Below are positions 1 through 13,841 of a DNA stretch of 64,000 nucleotides, piece by piece (within the stretch, counting starts at the first letter, position 1; each line of letters begins with the position of its first letter). This DNA is from Balanoglossus misakiensis. Lineage: Eukaryota > Animalia > Hemichordata. The notes beneath the pieces were generated by a model. The model did no database searches, was not told the origin of the DNA, and worked only from the letters and a program-made list of their open reading frames with translations. The DNA lies in assembly GCA_040954595.2 (NCBI GenBank), contig CM082586.2, positions 11,315,337 to 11,379,336 on the forward strand, read 5' to 3'. A program made the position numbers and the translations under genes.

Positions 1-275
1 AATCGTTTGCGCGCACACGACGTCGACTCTACCGTACCACTACATAGTACCAGGCCGCAGACCAGGAACTGGCAACCCGCCGTTTGTTTCCAACGCCAAA
101 TTTGATTCTAATGTTGAATTTCCGAGAAAACAATTTATCTGACCTTTAGTTTTCTTGGCTCGCTTACGTTTTAATTTGGAAACTTTTAAAAAAATCATAC
201 GCCACCGTCTTGATGACTGGCCCCTATTTTAATAATGGTTTCGTCGTTTCGCTGTTTCGCAAAGTATAACTAGCC

Positions 276-1918
276 GGGTTGACCCCACCAAACACTCAAA
301 ATTGATGGGCACGACACTGGCCACTAAGCTCTGGCCTGGTTAATCAATGTTGAAGCAAAGGTTGACCCCACCAAACACTCAAAATTAATGGGAACGACAC
401 TGGCCACTAGCTCTGCATGGCCTGGTTAATCAATGTTGACGCAAAGGTTGACCCCACCAAACACTCAAAATTAATGGGCACGACACTGGCCACTAGCTCT
501 GGCCTGGCTAATCAAGGTTGACGCAAGGGTTGACCCCACCAAACACTCAAAATTGATGGGCACGGCACTGGCCACTAGCTCTGGCCTGGCTAATCAATGT
601 TGACGCAAGGGTTGACCCCACCAAACACTCAAAATTGATGGGCACGACACTGGCCACTAGCTCTGGCCTGGCTAATCAATGTTGACACAAGGGTTGACCC
701 CACCAAACACTCAAAATTGATGGGCACGACACTGGCCACTAGCTCTGGCCTGGCTAATCAATGTTGACGCAAGGGTTGACCCCACCAAACACTCAAAATT
801 GATGGGCGCGACACTGGCCACTAGCTCTGGCCTGGCTAATCAATGTTGACGCAAGGGTTGACCCCACCAAACACTCAAAATTTGTGGGCACGACACTGGC
901 CACTAGCTCTGCCGTGGCTAATCAAGGTTGACGCAAAGGTTGACCCCACCAAACACTCAAAATTGATGGGCGCGACACTGGCCCCTAGCTCTGGCCTGGC
1001 TAATCCAGGTTGACACAAGGGTTAACCCCACCAAACACTCAAAATTAATGGGCGCGACACTGGCCACTAAGCTCTGGCCTGGCTAATCAATGTTGACGCA
1101 AGGGTTGACCCCACCAAACACTCATAATTGATGGGCACGACACTGGCCACTAGCTCTGGCCTGGCTAATCAAGGTTGACGCAAGGGTTGACCCCACCAAA
1201 CACTCAAAATTAATGGGCGCGACACTGGCCACTAAGCTCTGGCCTGGTTAATCAATGTTGAAGCAAAGGTTGACCCCACCAAACACTCAAAATTAATGGG
1301 AACGACACTGGCCACTAGCTCTGCATGGCCTGGTTTATCAATGTCGACGCAAAGGTTGACCCCACCAAACACTCAAAATTAATGGGCACGACACTGGCCA
1401 CTAGCTCTGCATGGCCTGGTTAATCAATGTTGACGCAAAGGTTGACCCCACCAAACACTCAAAATTAATGGGCACGACACTGGCCACTAGCTCTGCATGG
1501 CCTGGTTAATCAATGTTGACGCAAAGGTTGACCCCACCAAACACTCAAAATTAATGGGCACGACACTGGCTACTAGCTCTGCATGGCATGGTTAATCAAT
1601 GTTGACGCAAAGGTTGACCCCACCAAACACTCAAAATTAATGGGAACGACACTGGCCACTAGCTCTGCATGGCCTGGTTAATCAATGTTGACGCAAAGGT
1701 TGACCCCACCAAACACTAAAAATTAATGGCCACGACACTGGCCACTAGCTCTGCATGGCCTGGTTAATCAATGTTGACGCAAAGGTTGACCCCACCAAAC
1801 ACTCAAAATTAATGGGCACGACACTGGCCACTAGCTCTGCATGGCCTGGTTAATCAATGTTAACGCAAAGGTTGACCCCACCAAACACTCAAAATTAATG
1901 GGCACGACACTGGCCACT
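276..1918. repeat. Minisatellite, ~20 units of 82-86 bp
   Basis: The unit GGTTGACCCCACCAAACACTCAAAATT(G/A)ATGGGCACGACACTGGCCACTAGCTCTG(CATG)GCCTGG(C/T)TAATCAATGTTGACGCAA recurs with 82-bp spacing (CCCCACC at 534, 616, 698, 780, 862, 944, 1026) and 86-bp spacing (1274, 1360, 1446 ... 1876). Confidence 0.97.
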
Positions 1919-2949
1919 ACATGTATTTGTGATATTTTACATGGTTAACCACGCCTTGAGAAAAGTAATTATAAGAGAACTTTGTTTCCAAAGTTAGGGG
2001 AGAATAATATAACGGGAGATGGGAGTACCTCAGGCTACTGAGCTCGTTCCCTTCCTCATGTACTTTACTGGGCGTATTTGATGTACTATAATAATTCCGG
2101 ACAATAAATGAACGTAAATCAGATACGTTTCTCCGTGGATCACGGTTCTCGTCAGAGCCCGTTACCTCATCGCTACAGATTCCCCGATGCATGAACAATC
2201 ATGAGAAACCAGCGGTAATACAAGTGTCACGATTGAGTTTTAACGATCATAGATCTTGTTTATGATTACGTAAGAAGTCATTCACTTATATGGTTTTAGT
2301 CCAGTATTGACATTGGTACTTGACCCAGAGTAAACAAGATTGTGTAATTGATACATGTCAGAACGAGATAGAGATATCACGCGCTAAGTTCATGTTTAAG
2401 AAATATCAAGATGACGTGTTCCTTTTATGACTTAATACTTGACTAACGTATTAATAAGGTGTGGTGAAATTTGAGATCACACATTTATCACCGGAGATCC
2501 GTGATGGGAGTCAACGAGCATGGATCGAGTCGTGTAATTCTTACGTGTGACCAGTAATAAACCAGAACTTTGTGTTACTCGGAAAACTTCTTGCAAGTCT
2601 CTGTCTACGAAAGGTTTACGATCTGCCGGGTACCTCTCTCGGACTTTATGAATATGTTGGGTGGAGAAGGAGATGGAGAGAATGTACGCCGTCAGCTTTC
2701 GGACGTGGCTGATTCCCCACAGAAGCCGATGAGGTAAACGTCCGGAGGACGACCGGCCGTAACAACAAACTGCATGCATTAAAGTTCAACAATCCTTAGA
2801 AGACAGGAACGTCAGAGGTTGAATCTTGATGGGAAAAGGCGAGGTATCGCTGGTTATCATCGGCGTACTGATGAAATTGTAGGATGTGGGGACGAATCGG
2901 TTTACTATAAAGTGGGGCTATATAAATGGTGAACAACAGAGGGGCAGTG

Positions 2950-3100
2950 GCACCCCGTATACGAGAGGTGACTGTGAACTTGCAGTGTTTTCGATGATTA
3001 CAGTTTGATATCTATATTGAAGGTAAGATGTAAACCATGTTAGTACTGTGTCTGAGATGCCAAGGTTCGATAGTCTACAAAGAAGAATCCCGTGATGCAA
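2950..3100 (-). pseudogene. Short non-LTR retrotransposon (CR1/L2-like) reverse transcriptase fragment
   Basis: Translation HGILLCRLSNLGISDTVLTWFTSYLQYRYQTVIIENTASSQSPLVYGVP matches the typical LINE RT segment H..LL.KL...GI.G..L.W..SYL..R.Q.V.......S......GVPQG. It is truncated on both sides. Confidence 0.85.
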
Positions 3101-4401
3101 ATGTACAACTGAAGAAAAAAGGAATCACAAATCTTAAAACTAAGATGCCGTTAAGAATTAAATTTCACGAAAAGGAAGTGACGAAATACGTACATTTTCA
3201 GGTGCTCTACAACAAGTAGTCTCCCTATCATCCCTATTGGAGCATGCAGCTAAAATTTACCATGACGTCATTGATTCTACGCGAACGTTTTTCTAATGGC
3301 GATAAACATATTTTGTATAACTTGTGCTCAAACGCCCGTGAATCTCACTCGCAAAAATTCACAAGTGGCGCATACAACACTAGGAAGAAAATTGTTTAGC
3401 AGTCTATAGAGTTTGTGACCTGAGATTTGGAAGTAAAAGTTAAACTTGAGACAGAAGTGATTGAAGAGTAAAGAAACTTTTGAAGTGTTAAGAAAGTTAT
3501 CGCATTCCTGATGAAAAGAAAAGAAAATACAATACATTCATTGTTTTAAGGAACACAAGGAAGACAAGTACTATGCAATCAGAGTATGCATGGATCATTC
3601 ATCTAAAAATATATCTCCGCGTCTTTTGGCGGGTAAAAATAAAATGCTGGAACGGTCTTTTGGATGGCGGACTATTTGTGTCCTTCTTGTCCTCCGAACG
3701 CAAGTGGTCGAGTAGGTTTATTTCATTAAATTCTTATATTCTCAGTTGCTACCATAAATACCCAGTGTTCGTGTCGATGTATCTGGACGTCAGCACGATT
3801 CCATATAGGTACCTCTCAGTATTAGCCAAGCGAGTTATCCCCATCGATAGAGTTTAATTCCCCGTTACATTCCCAACACCAATCCTCCCGCGTGACATTG
3901 AGGTTGAAGGTATACAAGCCTTAGGAATCATGCAACCATCCAGAAAGTGTAATAAATTTTGAAGCTATGATGTGAGTTTTCAGTTCGTTTCTTCTTTTGA
4001 TTTGTTGATGTAACATTGTGCGTTTTAAATAAAAGATAAAAAAATGTACAGCAATGACGTCACAAAATTCACTGGTATTGATAAAGCTATATTATATCAT
4101 ATATTATATGTGTTAAATACTACCGTATCTCATTATTGCAGTATTTCGTGCTTTAACACAAAATACGCGAATAGGGTTTAATACAAAACTAAATGACACA
4201 ATTTCTGTTTCTTTGCCAAAATTCTTAATCACAAGATCAACCCATCCTTACGCCTCTACTCTATTGCTAAGAGAAACCAGCGTCCGTAACATGCATTGTG
4301 AAACCCCTCAACAACATGCATGTCAACACTTCATTTTTGGGGGCACAAGCGCCCTCAGGCGGCTTGTGCCCCCATTGGTATTGTTGGAATTTTTCTTTAT
4401 T

Positions 4402-5873
4402 ACGGGCCCAAGCCAAGCCAGGCTTGGGCCCGTATTGGTTTCGTTGGGGTTTTTCTTTCTTTCTTTATTCTTATGTCAATTCTTTGCTCTCCTAGATCTC
4501 TGAAACGGCTACAGGTACACTTCTCAAACTTGCTACAGTGGTCAAGGTCAATGAGTAGATGTGCAGTGGCTTGTGAATATTTAATTAGTCACGTGACCTG
4601 GCGGCCATATTGGATTTTCTGAAAATCTTTAAATGGCTTCTTCTCAAAAACCACAGGGCCAATCAAGTTCAAATTTGGTGTATGGTACACATGTCCTCTG
4701 CCCTTCAAAGTTTGACAATAAAATCCTGAGCGGTCATGTGACTTTGGCCGCCATATTGGATTTTCAAAAAAGTACAGTAAAATCTTCAAAAATCTTCTTC
4801 TCCAGAACCGGCAATAACCGAGTCATGGGATTTAGGGTATGACATCACCTAACTGATGTCTATCAAGTTTGCGAAGACCGTTGTGATTGGTCGAAGATTA
4901 TGGCGGCCATATTGGATTTTGTAAAAACCAGTGAAAATTAAGAAATCATTTTTCTAGTCTAAAAATAGATAGCATACAAATTCTTTTTATGGATATGAGT
5001 CGTCATATGACTAGAATATGTTGCAAATATTTTGGCAATTTTCACATGACCTTTGACCTACTTTTTAAAGAACCTGCATATATGCATATATAGCTCATAC
5101 TACGTGTTCTAAATGTACCAGAGTTCTGATTTTTGTGCACATTGGTATCACCCCAGCCAGGACCTACCCCAAATATTTTGGTAATTTTGCCAATGACCTT
5201 TGACCTACTTTTGACACATCGTTTTTTCTGCATATCTAATTCCAGGCTAACCTATAGGGCTATCATTTTGGTTTTGATGTATGTGGATTTGTATGTGATC
5301 AAAAAATTTCGCTACTTTTCATGACCCCTTTGACCTCTGCTGACGTCATTAAATATGCGCATACCTAATTACAGATGAACCAATAGACGGAGAGGTTTGG
5401 TTTTTATTGGACATGGACCAGTATTGGGTCAAAATTTGTTGCCCAAATTTTGGGTGACCTCGGGTGACCTTTGACCTACTTTTGCATATCTCGACATCCA
5501 CAGCAGATACAGCCTTGGCGTTTGGAGGTATGGGGCCATAATGAAAAGCCAAAGTTTTGGGTCACCTGTGACACCTGCTTAACTCATTATTTATGTTCAT
5601 ACCTAATTCCGGGCTAACCAAAAGGGCTAGAGGTCTGGTTTTTGTTGGACATGGACCACTATGGGTCAAAATATTCTGCCCAAATTTTTGGTGACCCCTG
5701 GGTGACCTTTGACCTACTTTAAACACTATATCAGCACCAAACATAGATATAACCTTGATATTTCATGCGATAAAAGACAACATTATGTTTTTACTCATTA
5801 ATTATGTGCATATCTAATAATCAGATCAGATAATAGAGCTTGGGCCCGGACAATGCTGCTTGCAGCTTTAATT
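4402..5873 (+). mobile_element. HINE-like element B
   Basis: 5' hairpin ACGGGCCCAAGCC..GGCTTGGGCCCGT and 3' GCTTGGGCCC-GGACAAT-GCTGCTTGCAGC-TTTAATT. Confidence 0.75.
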
Positions 5874-7365
5874 AGGGCCCAAGCGCATACCAGCGCTTGG
5901 GCCCTATTGGTTTCGTTGGGGTTTTTCTGTCTTTCTTTCTTTCTTCTTTCTTTATTCTTCTGTCATTTCTTTGTCGCTCTAGATCTCAGACACCACTGCA
6001 GGTACAGTTCTCAAACTTGCTACAGTGGTCAAGGTCAATGAGTACTCGTGCATTGAACCCATGAATTTTTAATTAGTCACATGACCTGGCGGCCATCTTG
6101 GATTTTCTGAAAAAATGCAAATCTCAGATCTCAGAAACTACAAGTCAGATCGACTTCAAATTTGGCGTGCAGGTAGACTACCTTCTGTCAAACATTTTTG
6201 TAATTGGAAATTATGCTGTCAATGTTGCAGTTTTTTTGCTACAATTTTTTTTCTGAAATCTGGCTTAAATTTCAAAAATCTTCTTCTCTAGAACCGGTGA
6301 TAACCGAGACACGGGGTTTGGGGTATGTGGTCACCTAACTGATGTCTATCAAGTTTGCGAAGATCATTGTGATTGGTCGAAGATTATGGTGGCCATATTG
6401 GATTTTCGAAAAACCCTAGTAAAATTTCAAAAATCTTCTTCTCGAGAACCGGTGATAACCGAGTCACAAGATTTTGTGTGTGTGGTCATTCCCCAGATGT
6501 CTATCAAGTTTGCGAAGAGGAATGTGATTGGTCGAAGATTATGGCGGCCATATTGGATTTTGTGAAAAACGATTAAAAAGTAAAAATTCCCTTTCTAGCC
6601 TAAAAATTTATAGCACAGAAATTCTTTTTATGGATATGGATCATCATATGACTACAATATGCTATAAATATTTTGGTAATTTTGGCAATGACCTTTGACC
6701 TACTTTTGACGCATCATTTTTCTGCATATCTAATTCCAGGCTAACCAATAGGGCTATAAGTTTGGTTTTTGATGTATGTGGATAAGTGTGTGATCAAAAT
6801 TTTTTGCTACTTTTCACGACCCCTTTGACCCCTGCTGACCTCATTAATTATGTGCATAGCTAATTACAGACGAACCAATAGACCTAGAGGTTTTGTTTTT
6901 GTTGGACAGGACTAGTATGGGGTCAAAAAATTTTACCCAAATGTTGGGTGACCTCTGGTGACCTTTGACCTACTTTTGCAAATATAAGCATCCACAGCAG
7001 ATACAGACTTGGCGTTTGGAGGTATGGGGCCATAATGAAAAGCCAAAGTTGTGGGTCACCTGTGACACCTGCTTAACTCATTATTTATGTGCATACTTAA
7101 TTCCGGGCTAACCAAAAGTGCTATAGGTCTGGTTTTTGTTGGACATGGACCACTATGGGTCAAAATTTTCTGCCCAAATTATGGGTGACCTCTGGGTGAC
7201 CTTTGACCTACTTAACACTTTATCAGCACTAAACATAGATATAACCATGATATTTCATGGGATAAAACACAGCATTATGTTTCTACTCATTAATTATGTG
7301 CATATCTAATAATCAGATCAGATAATAGAGCTTGGGCCCGGACAATGCTGCTTGCAGCTTTAATT
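5874..7365 (+). mobile_element. HINE-like element C, in tandem with B
   Basis: 5' hairpin AGGGCCCAAGCGC..GCGCTTGGGCCCT. Its 3' end is identical to that of B, and it has internal ~120-bp subrepeats. Confidence 0.75.
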
Positions 7366-9963
7366 ATTATTATTATTATTCTTCTTCTTCCGAGAAATTC
7401 GGCCAGGTAGATCTGGAAAACCGCAGCACCTAGGGGGCTGAAACTTGGTAGGGTGATAGGGGCCAATGAGGAGACGTGCAGTGGCTCGTGAATATTTAAT
7501 TAGTCACGTGACCTGGCGGCCATATTGGATTTTCTGAAAACCATTAAATGACTCCTTCTCAAAAACTACTGGGCCAATCGAGTTCAAATTTGGTGTGCAG
7601 GTAGCCTACCTTCTGTCCATCATTTTACCCCATTAAAATCATGACGTCATACATAAAGTTTTTTTGCTACAATTTTTTTTCTGAAAAACTACTTAAAACT
7701 TAAAAAATCTTCTTCTCCAGAACCAGCGGTTACCGAGTCTCGGGATTTGGGATATGTGGTCACCTAACCTATGTCTATCAAGTTTGCGAAGAGCACTGTG
7801 ATTGGTCGATTATTATGGCGGCCATGTTGGATTTTCGGAAAACCATTAAAAAATGAAAATTCTGTTTTTTAGCCCAAATGTTGACAGCACGGAAATTCTT
7901 TTTTTGGATATGAGTCATCATATGACCGGAAGTTGTCACAATTTTTCGGGGCAATTTTCACATGACCTTTGACCCAGTTTTAAAACAACTAATTATATAT
8001 GCATATTCCCCATACCTCCTCTTGTAAAAGCACCACAGTCATGAATTTTGTGAATATGGGTACCAATGCTGCCAGGACCCGACACAAATATTTTGGTAAT
8101 TTTGACAATGACCTTTGACCTATTTCTGAAACATCATTTTTCTGCATATCTAATTCCAGGCTAACCAATAGGGCTAGAGGTCTCGTATTGGTTGGACATG
8201 GCCCATTCTGGGGTCAAAATTTTGTGCCCAAATTTTGGGTGACCTTGGGTGACCTTTGATCTACTTTCCCGTATCTCAGCATCCACAGCAGTTAGAGTCC
8301 TGGCTTTTAGGCAGCCGATGGAGCACATAATGGAGTCTTACACAAGACCTCATTAATTATGCACATACCTAATTCTAGACGAACCAATAGGGCTAGGGGT
8401 CTGATGTTTGTTGGACCTAGACTAGTATGGGGTCCAATTTATTTGCCCAAATTTCGGGTGACCTCAGGTAACCTTTGACCTACTTTCCCATATCTTGGTA
8501 TCCACAGCAGATACATCCTTGGCATTTGCTGGTCACCATGGGAACCGCTTGTGCCCCGCCAACGCTGCTTGCAGCTTTAATTTCTCCAGCATTGTCAGTT
8601 TGGTACTCTGACAACTCACGGGGCATCATGGGACAATATTAAAGCTGATTCAGTGTTTATGTGCATAAAACACACGGCGGTGGAAACATTCGTTTTAAAT
8701 TATTGTGGACGCGCGCACGCCCTTGTCTGTGTACAGGTACTTGATGCTTGTCTACAGTCACGTGAAACGCTGTTGGTAGTACCCTAGAAGATAGATATCT
8801 TTAATCAGAACTTTGGCAAGGAAGGTTTGAGAAGTCCATTCTATGTAAAGAAAGTTTAAGAAGTGTGTTACCAAAGGGTGTGGGGGTGGCTGGGGGGTCA
8901 TCAATATATCACTCTGCATCACGTTCACAGAAAAGGTCGCGACACGCCCACAAATCCACTCACGACTTGCGTCACCGGTTACAGGAGTTCGTACAAAAGT
9001 GTGGTTTATGCACATTTACACTGAATCAGTTTTTTTGGCCCATGATGCCCATGGGCAAATACAGGCCACGATGCCTCCAGAATGATGATGGCAATGATGG
9101 TGATGATGATGATTGTGGTGGTGGTGGTGGTGGTGATTGAGCTTTAATTTCCCTTTCTTCCTGTCTAACCACTTCCTCTCTCACCTTCACTTATTCGGTC
9201 TCTCCCCTCCCCTTCTGTCAAAGTCCTCCCCTCATTCCCTTTCCATCCTGACATTCTCATTTCCGCCCTCTTGCTTTTCTTCTCCTTTCTCACATTCCTT
9301 TTCTCACCTCTCCCCCCCCCCCCCTCCGTAACATGTTATGTAATATATAAAGTAAAAAAGTCCAAAGCATGATGTTATCACAGATGACATTTGGAATGTA
9401 TTATTGTACTATCTGGTTTAATTTCAAACATAGTGGAGTTATTTATTGGCCAGTATTTAAGCATGTTTAAAGAAGTCAAACAGCATAATAGGCACATTTC
9501 ATATCAAACAAAATTGATCAAATAAGCTCAAAAGAGGATTTGAACAATTTGTCCCTTTAAGTAATGTTCAATATTAGATTTACACTTGTGATTGTATGTC
9601 ATCTCCCTTTTGTTAGAAACCTCACAGTCATATAATAAACAGGTGACCTGACAATCATTTGAAATACCAAACTTCGGCAGCTATTCCAGTTTGGTCCAAA
9701 AACCTAATTTTAACTGGCACCTCAACTTTAGGACTATTATGGATGTTGCTGAAACTTCAAGTGGGCTGCTTGTGAAGAGGAAGACGTGGAGTGTCTCTCA
9801 GACAACGCTGCGCTCAGTCAGAGATAAAGTCAAAATATGGATTTGACTTGCAACAGTAATTTGTTAGTTAAGTCAAATTCAACTTAAATCTGTCTCTTTG
9901 GGTCAGTCTTAACGGGTGTAGCATGCTGGAAGGGTGTGCTTACCCATTTCCGACACCTAGTAC

Positions 9964-10413
9964 CACAGGGGGCTGCAAACATGAAAGTTATAAATGGCGA
10001 AGTACGTTCCATTCTGCGTTTTCCCAACCTGTCTTATCATTTGCTAATCCAGAATAAAAGCTATCCATTTCCCATTAATCACCTGCTAACGACTTAATCT
10101 GTGTGCCCCATCCACGGATTAAGTTAATAAAGTAAACATCGGTCAGCGAGTACTGGGTATTCTCTTACCAAGTGAGAACTGACCGATGTTTACTTAATCC
10201 ACTAAATCCGTGGATGGGGCACACAGATTAAGTCGTTAGCAGGTGCTTAATGGGAAATGCAATAGTTTGTATTCTGGATTAGCAACTGCTAAGACAGGTG
10301 GAGGTAACACAGAAAAATAAACAAGCGCAAAGACTGTTCATCAATTAATGTTTATTGGGGGAAAATGCAGGAACTCCGCCATTTATAACTTTCATGTTTG
10401 CAGCCCCCCTGTG
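9964..10413. mobile_element. Foldback MITE, nearly fully palindromic, CAC...GTG termini
   Basis: CACAGGGGGCTGCAAACATGAAAGTTATAAATGGCG is mirrored at the right end, with long inner arms. Flanks CTAGTAC / CGAGTAC are a probable 7-bp TSD with 1 mismatch. Confidence 0.85.
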
Positions 10414-13231
10414 CGAGTACTACCACTTAGCAGTGGTTCAAGATGATCCTGTTGAAATTGTAAGTTTTTTCTCTTATTTCTTTTTTGAACCTGGACCTGG
10501 TAATTAGCTTAGCTTTAGTAATATTGATTATTGGACCTGGTTTGATGTCTTATTATAACAACTACAGAAGAATCTCTGGACACAGTGAAATACACTCCAG
10601 GGTTATGGTAATGACTGACAAATTGTCAGTTTAAAAAAGTAGACAAAGAACTCAGTTAAATATTATAATAAAAATATGCTTTAATATAAGGAAAAGGTGC
10701 AATTGATATACTTGTAATTAAAACTTAAATATAATGATGATATTCTTCAACTGTTCTGTAGTTGCACCAGTATTTGTATAAGCTAAAAATGTTGACTTCT
10801 GGCAGGACAACTCAAACAGATATTAAACTTATTTATAGTACTTCCACTTCATGACTTTGTTCAAAAATTTCCCAAACTTATTTCATTGTTGATGAGTTGT
10901 CACCTCCGAACAACACAAAAAGGAACAGTTTGTATAAAAAAGTAATTTTGCATGAATCTTAAACATACATGCACAAGTTGAGTGAATAACACAATATAAT
11001 CATATTCTACAATGAATTACAATATCAAGATTAAGGGTTTCACATATGACATTACATTGCTACATTTTATATACATGAATTTAATTTGAAAAATTTCCAT
11101 TGATCTATAACACCATGAATAATATAAAAATATGCGAATAAATACTTTGAATTATTATATATACATGTCAGGTCTCAAAGTGAGTAACTATATTTCCATT
11201 CACCTATGAACTGGTTATTAACCAAATGAAATGATAGGATCTTTTATTTTGAGGATCTTATAATTGTGATCATACACATCCATATTCCAAAATTCGCATG
11301 CCAAACAAATATCAGATTTATACGGCCAGATGTAAAGACAGTACAAGGGGCAAAAAAATTGATAATAGTTAATCATCATCTCCCTTCTTTTACAGTCTTG
11401 GAGAATGGTGACGGTTGAAGTCAAATTAAAGAAAAATATCAAGAAAAATATCAAAATTTGAAGCACTAATTCAGGAGGATATATATCATCGGGAGGTAGT
11501 CACTGAATATATTGAGAGAAATAATTCATAATCTATGCATTTGGATGAAAAGACCTTCTACCTGATCAAGTTAAGGATAAATGCTGCCTTGTATGGATAC
11601 AGAAGCAAGTCAGCATGCAAAGGGAGAGCTGAATTGGTACACAGTTAAATTTGTCCTCCAAATTCAACAAAAATATGTTGTTGTTTAGGAATTCTCGTAT
11701 TATCATATCTTTTTCATTACACAATACCTTATAATAAGTCATAACAAATTTTTAAGGAAAATTCTTTAAAATATGTAAAATATATAGCCTTATAACCAAC
11801 ATACTTTAAAGATGATTATTTATGATCATTTCATTCAGATGTTGCTAAGAGTGTAATAATAAAGATCTGTTTCACTCCAACCAATTTAATGTGCGCTTAT
11901 CACAGTACTGTCGTCTGACAAAGCATAACTATTATTGTTATCATTTATGGGATTATACCAAGCTTATCACAGTACTGTGTCAACTCACAAAATGAAACCA
12001 TTCTAGTTATCATTTGAATTATACCATACATGTACACACAGAGATGGCACATTAGAAGTATCTGTCTCCGTGACTCTCATGAAATAGTTCATTTCTACTC
12101 TTAAGAGGCCTTGGTCTCCATTCCTCACTTCCACTGGCACTACCACTGTCGCCACTATACATGGGATTGTAGTGATAGATTTCTCTGAAGGCTTCCTCAT
12201 CTTCCACACTTTTCCCTGCCTTGCTATCAACATCATCTGTATCATCAAACCAATGGATATCCATAGTTGCCTCTTGTTCTTCCCAGCCTGGATGTTTCTT
12301 TCCTCCAAGAGCACACCTGAATGTCAAATAGTTGAACATCATCAATGTGGGATTTGTTGTGATGTTGTTACTACTGTAGAATAACGCAGGTGGTTGTTGG
12401 ACACTTTGCGGTCTGGTCGCGTGACTTTGCCTTGTTAGCCGCCATGCATGTTGAACGCAAATTATACCATGATGCACTGCAGTTACCCTATACGCTAATA
12501 GGTCTATGCATGAACTCTTTGAATAAATTTGCTTCCACGATACAGATGTGATTATTTTTCACGTTGCCTCATGCATGTATGGAAAGATACAGGTAAATTC
12601 CCAGTTTTCTGATGGGCAACATGTCTACAGCTGTCTCGATTCTACTCTGGTAGTACTAAATAACTTACCGTTGGTACATGAGTAACATTATTACACCAAG
12701 CACTAACACAGCCGCTAAACCTCCCGCAACACCACCAATGATGACAGCTGTGTCAACGGAGGAATCTGTAAGAGTTTAAATATTTCTATTTGTCACGGGG
12801 GCGATATGCTACGATAAAAGCAAGAAAACCATTCATTATGATGCTTAACTATTGTAAAATGGTTAGTTGACCAAAAATCTAGTTATACTGCAGATGTTGC
12901 AGTTTCACCATTTTCACAAATATTTTCAAGACAACGTAAACTGTAATCATGTAGATCAAACAAATGTGTAAACTTTAGTGAATATTGTTTTTCAATCTTG
13001 AGTTATTAAAAGACAAAGAAATGTATACACACCTTTAACTTGCATTGGTATTCTCTGGCGGCAAGTTTCACCTTGATATTCATCAGTACATTCACAAACA
13101 GGATTGCCATCACTGTCCTTGATGCAAACAGCATTGTTTGAGCAGAACCCTTCACATTTATCTAGACACAAGAATAAAATCACATCACATTATTCTACCT
13201 GACGAACCATTTGTATTAGACAAGAACTAAA

Positions 13232-13377
13232 CCCACTTGCAGATTCATTTCTTACAAACGGAATGGAAGTTGTGTGCTGTCGAACATTGATTCACTATAT
13301 ATCCACATGTACCGGGTGAATAACATAAACAGTGTCTTGTATCAAACATAATTAATGGAAAAAAGGGCAGCAAGAGC
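13232..13377. mobile_element. Partial copy of the palindromic TTAA MITE family seen at 34119-34462
   Basis: Shares GGAAGTTGTGTG..GAACATTGATTCACTATATATCC..GTGTCTTGTATCAAACATAATTAATGGAAAAA(A)GGGCAGCAAGAG. Another partial copy lies at ~15545-15705. Confidence 0.75.
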
Positions 13378-13658
13378 TATACTAAATCAACAGTAGTGTC
13401 TACGTTTTAGCTGTACATATTTCTGTTGACATTTCAGTTGTAGATAGTTACATACCTGTACAAGTTATTCCATCACCAGTGAAACCAGTTTTGCAAGTGC
13501 ATTCATATCCTGGTACAAGATTCCTGCAAGTGGCATTTGGGTGACAGTCATCCAGACCAAGACGACATTCATGTGCATCTAGAAAACAAAAATTCTTGCA
13601 ATGTCTTTAACTGACCACCAAATAAAACTATGGGATCTTCATACATATCACCAGTTAA

Positions 13659-13841
13659 AGGTATACGGTCACCTATGGAAAATTAGCTATAGTTACCATG
13701 GCAAAAGGAGATCTAGCCAATCACAGATTTTCAGTGGGTGGCACATGCAAAAAAGAGCGCCACCATATGTTCTTTAGAACTCTCATATACTCCATTTCAG
13801 CCATATATGGGCGTTTGTAAATTGGAGGTGACTGTATACCT
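13659..13841. mobile_element. 183-bp MITE with TTAA TSD (Kolobok-like AG termini)
   Basis: TTAA-AGGTATACGGTCACCT ... AGGTGACTGTATACCT-TTAA (15/16 TIR match). Confidence 0.8.

Larger units (their letters stand above)
4339..8581 (+). mobile_element. Non-autonomous Helentron-type element (HINE/DINE-like), outer element A, interrupted by elements B and C
   Basis: 5' hairpin GGGGGCACAAGC..GCTTGTGCCCCC after a T run. The 3' end has subTIR GCTTGTGCCCC, a stem-loop GCTGC-TT-GCAGC and TTTAATT. The body resumes at ~7366 within the (ATT)n(CTT)n tract. No TSD. Confidence 0.75.

Noticed and set aside
276-1918. CRISPR-like array
   Set aside because: Units are repeated along their whole length with no unique spacers, there are no cas genes, and the context is eukaryotic.
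4213-6576. Cluster of short ORFs
   Set aside because: All lie within non-coding HINE-like repeats.
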